In this document: positions 7,372-13,937 of the stretch, piece after piece
Position numbering within the stretch: the first letter of the stretch is position 1
How the letters are laid out: each line of letters opens with the position of its first letter
Assembly (NCBI GenBank): GCA_040260805.1
Contig: JBDQPD010000074.1
Location: 1-16,921, forward strand
DNA length: 16,921 nt
Direction: 5' to 3'
From: Myxococcota bacterium
Lineage (GTDB): Bacteria > Myxococcota > UBA4151
Made by a program: the position numbers and the translations under genes
Notes under the pieces: model-generated
What the model saw: only the letters and a program-made list of their open reading frames with translations
Told to the model about the DNA's origin: nothing
Database searches by the model: none

Positions 7372-9744
7372 GTGATTTGTTTATCGTGTGGCGCACAACT
7401 CGATGCCGGGGCGGAAGTTTGTAGTCAGTGCAGCGTTCCGACGGGCAAAAGTGCCGAGGTGAACGAGGTCGAAGGTCTCGGTGTCAACTCGATGCTTCGC
7501 CCTGGCCAGCGTTTAGCCGACCGATACTTGGTCAAAAGATCCCTGGGCGTCGGCCGGATCGGCGTCACCTACCACGTGACCGACCTCGATACAGGCCGTG
7601 ACGTGGCGCTGAAGACGATCTTCCGCCACTTGCTGTTTTCGAAGCGAGACCGAGCCCGTTTTCAGGCTTGGATGGAAGCCGCTCGACCCTTGTCGAGTTC
7701 GCGTGTCGCTGCGCCGCAGCGGAGCGGGCGCGATGAGCGTTTTGGCAGCTTTGTAATCGCCGAGCTGATCGACGCACCGTCACTAGCTTCTGTGCAGCGC
7801 GTCCGAAACCGTCCCGCTAACGTCGCCGAGGTCGCTGCGTTGGTGACCCAGCTGCGCGTCGCCCTAGACGGTCTGGAATCAGCGCCGCCGCATGGTGGGC
7901 TGCATCCGGGCAACGTCTTGGTGCTGCCTGACCGCGTGGTTCTGACTGATCTTTCAACGTATCAAGGGGTGCTACCCCAGCTGTGGGCAGAGGCTCAGCG
8001 CCAGGGGCCTGGAGGGGTCTCCTGGCTCGCACCAGAGGTGGTGCAGGGGCGTGAAGATCTGGATCGCCGCGCCGATGTCTACAGCGTCACCGGGTTGGTG
8101 ATGTGGCTGTTGACCGGCTTAGAGCCAGGGCGCAAAGCCCTTGAGGCGGTGCGTGAGCGCTGGCCGGCGGTCGCAGGTGTCTTGAGCGCAGCGCACACCG
8201 ACCTCGCTTCCGAGCGCTTGTACGAGGTGATGCCTGTCGAAGCCGCTTTGCTTGAAGCCGCTCGAGGGATCGAAACCAGCGGCGAGGTGATCGCGCTCAA
8301 CGCCGACGACCTGCTCGACTCTGAGATCCCGGACGAGGTGACGGAGATCACCAGCTCGGAAGAGTTTTCGATTCGCGAAGAAGACGTCTTAGGGGTCCAG
8401 ACCCTCTCCGAAGAGCCGACGCCGATCCGCGGCGGTGCGCCCTCAGACTCCGACGCAACCGCTCCGCTCGACCCACCAAAGTTCAAAGACTCCATTGAGT
8501 CAGAGCCGACTCCGATTCAGGCTCCGGTGAGCCAGGCGCCTGCCGCAGCACCTGCGGTCGTCGCTCAGCCCAAGACCGCTGAGTATGTCGAGCCGGGTCC
8601 GCTTCGTGAGCGCCCAGCGCCGCGTAACGTCAAAGCCGTCACGCGGCCTGCACCGTCTGAAGGGCCGCGTCGCCTGCTGCCTCAATGGTTCGTCCTAGCC
8701 GCTTGTGCTTCGATCGCCTGCGCGGTGACCTATGTCGCGGCAAAAACTTATCTCAAGGGGCAGGCGAGGGGCTCCGGTTCGGTGGTGGTCAGCGATCAAG
8801 CCCTCAGGCTCGATGACCCGGCGGTCGCCGCTGCGGTTGTGGATGCGGGTGGGGCAGACAAGGTTGCCGAAGAGCCCGTCAAGGCGGGCAACGAAGACGA
8901 GTTAGCGGTCGACCAAGCCTCCGCCGAACGAAGCCTCGCTGCGATCACTGCCGACAGCAAGGACTCCGGTCCGGCAGCGGCGCAGGATGTGTCCGATGCG
9001 GGCGCGGCGCCGAACTCGGCTGACCTCGAGTCAAGTCAGGACGAGAAAACGGCGACAGCGACTCAAGCGCTGGCGCCTACTCCCGAGCCAAGCGAAACGG
9101 ACTCGGCTTTGGTTGAGCCTGATGCAGAGCCGGTGGTGGTGGCGGCTCGCGATCCAGAGCCCGCAGCCGAGCCTGAACCCGAACCTGAACCTGCTGCGGT
9201 CGAGGCTCGCCCTGAGCCGGTGCCGGTCAAGCCGCCTATCGGTCGAGCCAAATGCGGCAAAGGGATGGGTCTAGTGCGCGCTCGCGGCGTGGCTGTTTGC
9301 GTCGATCGTTACGAGTACCCCAATTATTTGCGCAGTCCGCCGCAGGGGAATTTCAACGCCTACAAGGCGCAGGCTCTGTGTGAGAAAAAGGGTAAGCGGA
9401 TCTGCACTGAGCGCGAATGGGTCGCAGCCTGTTCGGGGGCGTCCGGGCAACGATTCCCGTATGGAAGCCGCTTTGTCGCTGGGCGCTGCAACACCATTGA
9501 GGACGGTCGTGATGAAGCGGTAGCGCCGATCGAGTACAAGAAGTGCCGTTCACCCGCTCGGATTTATGCGATGGCCGGTAACCTGGCCGAGTGGACCAAG
9601 ACGAGCTCGGGCTTTGCCCTTAAAGGGGGCAGTTACGCTCATGGCGGCTCGTCAAGCCGCTGCGGTGGCCAGTTGCGATCGAGTCCCCGTGTGGCTCAAC
9701 TAGAGTTCGGGGTTCGCTGCTGCGCCGATCCGACCTATGAATAA
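7372..9744 (+). CDS. Zn-ribbon + Hanks-type Ser/Thr kinase-like (probable pseudokinase) + TM + FGE-sulfatase (SUMF1/EgtB/PvdO-like) domain protein (790 aa)
   Basis: GTG start. CLSC...CSQC zinc ribbon. Kinase subdomains RYLVKRSLGVGRIGVTY, VALK, HGGLHPGNV, LTDLS, WLAPE and RADVYS. TM segment WFVLAACASIACAVTYVAA (from 8686). Ala/Glu/Pro linker. The C-terminal CVDRYEYPN...CEKKGKRICTEREWVAAC...FPYG...MAGNLAEW...KGGSY...FGVRCC is the FGE-like signature. Confidence 0.88.
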   Translation: MICLSCGAQLDAGAEVCSQCSVPTGKSAEVNEVEGLGVNSMLRPGQRLADRYLVKRSLGVGRIGVTYHVTDLDTGRDVALKTIFRHLLFSKRDRARFQAWMEAARPLSSSRVAAPQRSGRDERFGSFVIAELIDAPSLASVQRVRNRPANVAEVAALVTQLRVALDGLESAPPHGGLHPGNVLVLPDRVVLTDLSTYQGVLPQLWAEAQRQGPGGVSWLAPEVVQGREDLDRRADVYSVTGLVMWLLTGLEPGRKALEAVRERWPAVAGVLSAAHTDLASERLYEVMPVEAALLEAARGIETSGEVIALNADDLLDSEIPDEVTEITSSEEFSIREEDVLGVQTLSEEPTPIRGGAPSDSDATAPLDPPKFKDSIESEPTPIQAPVSQAPAAAPAVVAQPKTAEYVEPGPLRERPAPRNVKAVTRPAPSEGPRRLLPQWFVLAACASIACAVTYVAAKTYLKGQARGSGSVVVSDQALRLDDPAVAAAVVDAGGADKVAEEPVKAGNEDELAVDQASAERSLAAITADSKDSGPAAAQDVSDAGAAPNSADLESSQDEKTATATQALAPTPEPSETDSALVEPDAEPVVVAARDPEPAAEPEPEPEPAAVEARPEPVPVKPPIGRAKCGKGMGLVRARGVAVCVDRYEYPNYLRSPPQGNFNAYKAQALCEKKGKRICTEREWVAACSGASGQRFPYGSRFVAGRCNTIEDGRDEAVAPIEYKKCRSPARIYAMAGNLAEWTKTSSGFALKGGSYAHGGSSSRCGGQLRSSPRVAQLEFGVRCCADPTYE
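9169..9192 (+). repeat. Intragenic (GARCCY)4 repeat encoding an EPEPEPEP linker
   Basis: GAGCCT GAACCC GAACCT GAACCT read directly from the sequence. Confidence 0.7.
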
Positions 9745-9788
9745 CTCATTGAGCGATTTTGATCTGATGAGAACCGTGAGGGCACTCG

Positions 9789-10580
9789 GTGACTGAACTG
9801 TGTTTGACGATGGTGCTGGTGCTGGACCCCCAGGCGGCGTCGACTCATGCTGCTGCAGCAGCAGCTTCGGCTCGGCCTTGTACGAAGGTGCTGACGCTCA
9901 CCGGCAAGCCCGAGGCTGACCGAGCCTTGGTGGGCAGCGTACCTCAGCGTGTCATGATGGTCTCTTATGGTCCTGCTGCTGCTGCTGCTGCGGTCGCTCG
10001 TTGGCCAAACCGAGAGATAACGATCGGCGGAATCGGTCCCGCAAATGTGCCCTTCTTCAAGGCTCCACATCGCCGGATTTTATCGACAACTCCCAGCGCC
10101 TCAGAAGCCTTGGAGATGACCGTCAAGCTGCTGCCCTCGCGGACCACTTGGTGCCTCCCGCAAGACGCCAATATGGCGCGCGACCGTCTGGATCAGGCTC
10201 GGCAACGCTTGGCTCGAAGGGGCGTCAATCTCATCGGTTACACCGGCAACCCGCCGCGTGGATGCCATGGCTTAGTCGCTTGGTTTGAAGGGCCCGCTGC
10301 CACCCCCAATGGGCTTGAAGCTCTGGTGCGAGCGGGCGAAACGTTGCGTTTGCCTGTCCTTGGATTTGATCCGAGGCTTTTGGATCAGGGCGTCGATCTC
10401 GCCGTCGGTGTGCAGATGCCGGGTTATTTCTCGGTCTTGCTCGGGGGCGGAGAGTTAGGCGCTCAGCGTCTGCTCTATGTCGAGCCGAACTACGCCCATC
10501 GTAAGGGCTTAGCTTGGCCCGGGTCGTGGCCTTCGATCCCCTTGCAGTTGCGACCCCGCCAGCGCCTGGCGGCTCCGTGA
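9789..10580 (+). CDS. Exported protein distantly resembling ABC-transporter substrate-binding proteins (ABC_sub_bind-like), 263 aa
   Basis: GTG start with GTGAGG RBS and a hydrophobic N-terminus. The segments ALEMTVKLLPS, LEALVRAGETLRLPVLGFDPRLLDQGVDLAVGV and LLYVEPNYAHRKGLAWP parallel the 'llP', 'kiPv.......Gal' and 'lviN...a..lGi.ip' patterns of that family. The family call is an inference. Confidence 0.55.
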   Translation: MTELCLTMVLVLDPQAASTHAAAAAASARPCTKVLTLTGKPEADRALVGSVPQRVMMVSYGPAAAAAAVARWPNREITIGGIGPANVPFFKAPHRRILSTTPSASEALEMTVKLLPSRTTWCLPQDANMARDRLDQARQRLARRGVNLIGYTGNPPRGCHGLVAWFEGPAATPNGLEALVRAGETLRLPVLGFDPRLLDQGVDLAVGVQMPGYFSVLLGGGELGAQRLLYVEPNYAHRKGLAWPGSWPSIPLQLRPRQRLAAP

Positions 10581-11248
10581 GGTATTCGCTCGCTTTGGTG
10601 GCGATCGGTCTGATTCCGACGCCCGGAATAGCGCACACGAATCTTAACCTGCTCGACCTACATCTGGGTGGGCAGCGCCGGGTGGTCGAGAAACGTCTGC
10701 GTAAGCGAGGCTGCAAAAAACTGAGCCATCGTCGGCATAATTGGATGACCGATTGGAACCACCGTCGAGTCAAGCGACCGAAAAGTCGTCGAGCCTCGAG
10801 CCAGGTTTACCGCTGTCCGGACGCTGACTGGCCTGAGGCGGCGCTGCGCGAGCTCCATTTTGACGGTCGCCGCCTCCATCGGGTGGTGATTCATCTCAAC
10901 TATGAGGGGCAGACGCGAGATTCAGCGACGGGTGCGCCTTATATTCCCAAGTATAAAGAGATCAGTGACATTCTTCAGACCCGTCTCGGGAAGCCTGATG
11001 AACGACGCGAAGAGATGCCTAAAGCCTTCGGGAGCGACCAACTGCGTGCCTTAGAGCAACGAAGAGGCGGCTTCTGGAGCGCCTGGTATGATCGCAAGCG
11101 GGGTAAGATCGATGTCGGCTTGCGTTTGAGCGGTAATTCACAGCGTCCAGGTGAGATGATCTTTTACATCGATGCCCGGGATCGTCGCATCGGAAAACGT
11201 ATTTTGAACCGTAAAGCCAGGCGTATTCAGCCCTCTAAAGGCTTTTAG
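10577..11248 (+). CDS. Hypothetical exported, highly basic protein (~223 aa)
   Basis: The track ORF starts at 10514, but the in-frame GTG at 10577 overlaps the upstream TGA (GTGA) and gives a signal-peptide-like MRYSLALVAIGLIPTPGIA. The mature part is Arg/Lys-rich. Confidence 0.7.
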   Translation: MRYSLALVAIGLIPTPGIAHTNLNLLDLHLGGQRRVVEKRLRKRGCKKLSHRRHNWMTDWNHRRVKRPKSRRASSQVYRCPDADWPEAALRELHFDGRRLHRVVIHLNYEGQTRDSATGAPYIPKYKEISDILQTRLGKPDERREEMPKAFGSDQLRALEQRRGGFWSAWYDRKRGKIDVGLRLSGNSQRPGEMIFYIDARDRRIGKRILNRKARRIQPSKGF

Positions 11249-11296
11249 CCTGAGCTGTTCGGAGTCCATTCACACGATACAAGGTGAGGATCGCAA

Positions 11297-11851
11297 ATGA
11301 TCACCGAAGATTTTTCGAACAGTCTAGCCGTTGGTGCTCAGGCACCTGATTTTAACTTGCTCGATACTCAAGGTGATTGGGTCTCGCTCAAGAGCTTTGA
11401 GGCGCATGAGTGGCTTGTGTTGCAGTTTACCTGCAACCACTGTCCTTATGTTCTGGGTAGCGATGACCGCTTGCGAGCGGTGGTCGCTGAGCTCGAAGGT
11501 CAAGACGTCGCATGGGCTGGCATCTGCTCGAATGACCCAGTTCGGTACCCGCAAGACAACTATGAGCGGATGCAAGAGCGAGCTGACGCGTTGCCGTACC
11601 GGTATCTTCACGATCCCACGCAAGAGACCGCGAGACGTTATGGCGCACAGGTCACGCCCGAGTTCTTTATCTTCCGTCAGCGTGAAGCAGCGTGGACGCT
11701 GGCTTGGCACGGAACCATCGATGACAGCCCGCGTGACGCTCAAGAAGCGAGCACTGCATATCTCTTGCCAGCGCTGGTGAGCTTGCTGGAGGGTAAGGCA
11801 CTCGAACGCATGACTACACCCGTCCAGGGTTGTTCAATTAAGTGGCTTTAG
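11297..11851 (+). CDS. Thioredoxin-fold protein, AhpC/TSA (redoxin, PRX-like1) family
   Basis: GAGGA RBS. Motifs GAQAPDFNL, FTCNHCPYV (CxxC at 11432-11443), SND...YPQD, YLHDPTQETARRYGAQVTPEFF, GTIDD and C-terminal GCSIKW. Confidence 0.93.
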   Translation: MITEDFSNSLAVGAQAPDFNLLDTQGDWVSLKSFEAHEWLVLQFTCNHCPYVLGSDDRLRAVVAELEGQDVAWAGICSNDPVRYPQDNYERMQERADALPYRYLHDPTQETARRYGAQVTPEFFIFRQREAAWTLAWHGTIDDSPRDAQEASTAYLLPALVSLLEGKALERMTTPVQGCSIKWL

Positions 11852-11860
11852 CCAACTGAT

Positions 11861-13042
11861 TTAGTTGAAAAGATCGCGTTCGTCGTGCGTGTCTTTATAC
11901 TTCTCGTACAGAGCTAGGACTTCATCTAGATTTTCGAAGAGTAGATCAACAAACCCTGGCTGGAAGTGTGAGCCTTGTCCCTCGAACATGATGTCTTTGA
12001 CCTGCTGAAGCGTGAACGCTTCTTTGTAACACCGCTTCGACATCAAGGCGTCGAAAACGTCGGCGATGGCGACGATGCGACCCGATAGGGGAATCTCTTC
12101 GCCTTTCTTACCGTGTGGGTAGCCTTTACCGTTCCACTTCTCATGATGGCTCATGGCGACCTCGACGCTGAGCGCCATGACCACGTCATCGGTACCCGAG
12201 AGCAACTTGGCGCCAATGGTCGTGTGAGTTTTCATCACTTCCCACTCGGAATCGGTCAGCGGCCCAGGCTTTTGCAAGATGGCGTCTGGGATACCGATTT
12301 TCCCGACATCATGCATGGGCGCAGCCAGCAGAAGATTATCACAGAACCCCTCACTTAGATCGAGCCTACGTGCCATCAACGCCGAGATGTGAGCCATCCG
12401 GTGAATGTGGGCGCTTGTCTCTTTGTCACGGTATTCTGCGCACATTCCAAGGCGCATCACCGTATCCATGCGAGCCTCACGTAGGGCGTCAGCCAGCTGG
12501 GCGTTACCTAGGGCAGCCGAAGCGGTCGATGCCAGAGAGCGCGCGACCGGCAGCATCTCGGTCGAGAAGGTGCCTGAGGCTGCGTTGACCAGCTGCAAAA
12601 CTCCTAAAACCTTACCGTCATTTAGCTTGAGCGGGAGGGTTAGGAGGCATTGGGTTTGGTAGCCCATGGCGACGTCAAATGCGTCGGACCAGCGATAAGG
12701 TTTTTCCGGGTCGATCGCGCGCACGTCGTCGACGACCTCAGCCTCGCCTTCAAGGGCGACGTAGCCGACGATGGAGTCGCGCGTCAGCGGGACCACATGC
12801 GGAGCGACCTTTGACTGAAAGGTCTTGCTGCCCATGCGGCTCTCTAGGCTACCACTTTGGGTGGTTTGGAAACGCAGCCCATCGGAGTGAATCAAGTAGA
12901 TCGTAGCACCATCTGCTTCGAGCAAAGACCGGGCTTCGGTCACGATATCGTTGAGCAAGCGATCCAGCTTCGTCTCGGCGGTCAGCATGATGCCGATCTC
13001 AACAAGACGTTCCATGGCTGCTAGGCGTTGTTCTAAATTCAT
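11861..13042 (-). CDS. GAF domain + HD-GYP cyclic dinucleotide phosphodiesterase (393 aa)
   Basis: GAF: LDRLLNDIVTEARSLLEADGATIYL...SIVGYVA...FDVAMGYQTQCLLTLPL...VLGVLQLVN. HD-GYP: AEYRDKETSAH, MHDVGKIGIPDAILQKPGPLT, HHEKWNGKGYP and RIVAIADVFDAL. Confidence 0.95.
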   Translation of the reverse strand: MNLEQRLAAMERLVEIGIMLTAETKLDRLLNDIVTEARSLLEADGATIYLIHSDGLRFQTTQSGSLESRMGSKTFQSKVAPHVVPLTRDSIVGYVALEGEAEVVDDVRAIDPEKPYRWSDAFDVAMGYQTQCLLTLPLKLNDGKVLGVLQLVNAASGTFSTEMLPVARSLASTASAALGNAQLADALREARMDTVMRLGMCAEYRDKETSAHIHRMAHISALMARRLDLSEGFCDNLLLAAPMHDVGKIGIPDAILQKPGPLTDSEWEVMKTHTTIGAKLLSGTDDVVMALSVEVAMSHHEKWNGKGYPHGKKGEEIPLSGRIVAIADVFDALMSKRCYKEAFTLQQVKDIMFEGQGSHFQPGFVDLLFENLDEVLALYEKYKDTHDERDLFN

Positions 13043-13866
13043 TAGCGAGCTCCCGACAGGCGGACGCGCAGGCCCTCGTGGGTCAAGCGGGTTCCTGGAC
13101 GAACACGCTCAACGGTCGCCTGAAGTTCATCGAGGAAAATATCATCATGACCTGGGTCATGATGGGTAAGGAAGAGTTGGTCCACGCCGGCTTTGTTCGC
13201 CGCTTCGATACCCACCTCCCAGGTGCTGTGACCGAAGTTCTTTCGCGTCGTGTACTCTTCAGGGGTGTATTGAGCGTCGTAGATCAAAACGTCGGCGTTG
13301 CGAGCGAAGGCTACCAACCTAGGATCCGCACCCTCAGGCGGATGCTCAACGTCCGTCGCAAACACTAGCGAATGACTTGCGCTCTCGATTCGAAAGGCGA
13401 CGATACCGTTCGGGTGGGTGAGCTCACACCAGCTGATCCGTGTCTGATCAAATTGGATCCCGCCAGCCGGGATGTTGTGAAAGGACCGTTGAGCTTGAAG
13501 ATAGTCCCAAGGGACGGGGAACGTCGGCGCGTTCATCTGAGCGCGCAACGTCTCTTCAAGGGCGGTTGGTCCGATGACGTCATGGACGCTGAACAACTCG
13601 ATTCTAAAGTCAGGGTCGTACATCGGGGTAAAGAAGGGTAGCCCCTGGATGTGATCCCAGTGGATGTGGGTGAAAAACATCCGACACTGCGCGACCCCGC
13701 GATCTTGCAGGCGTCCACCCAGTCCACGGACACCCGTGCCTGCATCGAGGATGAACACACCATCCGGCGTGTCGACCTCGAGACAGGTCGTGTTGCCGCC
13801 ATAACGAGACGTGCGACTACCGGCTGCTGCAACCGAACCGCGTACGCCCCAAAATTCAAATTCCAC
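13042..13866 (-). CDS. MBL-fold metallo-hydrolase (RNase Z/phosphodiesterase-like subfamily), 274 aa
   Basis: GTG start with AAGGGG RBS. Motifs WGVRGS, YGGNTTC, DAGTG, THIHWDHIQG (HxHxDH), THPNG, TDVEH, YDAQY, GHS and HHDP. Its TAA overlaps the HD-GYP ATG (TAATG). Confidence 0.93.
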   Translation of the reverse strand: MEFEFWGVRGSVAAAGSRTSRYGGNTTCLEVDTPDGVFILDAGTGVRGLGGRLQDRGVAQCRMFFTHIHWDHIQGLPFFTPMYDPDFRIELFSVHDVIGPTALEETLRAQMNAPTFPVPWDYLQAQRSFHNIPAGGIQFDQTRISWCELTHPNGIVAFRIESASHSLVFATDVEHPPEGADPRLVAFARNADVLIYDAQYTPEEYTTRKNFGHSTWEVGIEAANKAGVDQLFLTHHDPGHDDIFLDELQATVERVRPGTRLTHEGLRVRLSGAR

Positions 13867-13890
13867 TGAGAACTACCCCTTACCTGAAGG

Positions 13891-13918
13891 ATTCTAACAA
13901 GGTTGGCCGGCAGGGCAA
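13891..13918 (-). promoter_or_regulatory. Probable sigma70-type promoter for the MBL/HD-GYP pair
   Basis: On the minus strand: TTGCCC (13918-13913), 16 bp spacer, TAGAAT (13896-13891) with an extended-10 TG. It lies about 25 bp upstream of the GTG, with an AAGGGG RBS between. Confidence 0.55.
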
Positions 13919-13937
13919 AATAGAGTGCTCAAGTTCC

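Noticed and set aside
10514..10576. TTG start given by the ORF track for the 11248-ending gene
   Set aside because: It would overlap the upstream CDS by 67 bp. The GTG at 10577 gives a standard 4-bp coupling and a signal peptide.
11852..11860. Expected terminator between convergent genes
   Set aside because: The gap is only 9 bp and I saw no hairpin with a U-tract.
13042..13866. MBL hydrolase as a beta-lactamase or anti-Pycsar/defence protein
   Set aside because: The motif set (GVRGS, GGNTTC, HWDHIQG, HHDP) fits the common signalling-associated subfamily. There is no signal peptide and no defence or phage context.
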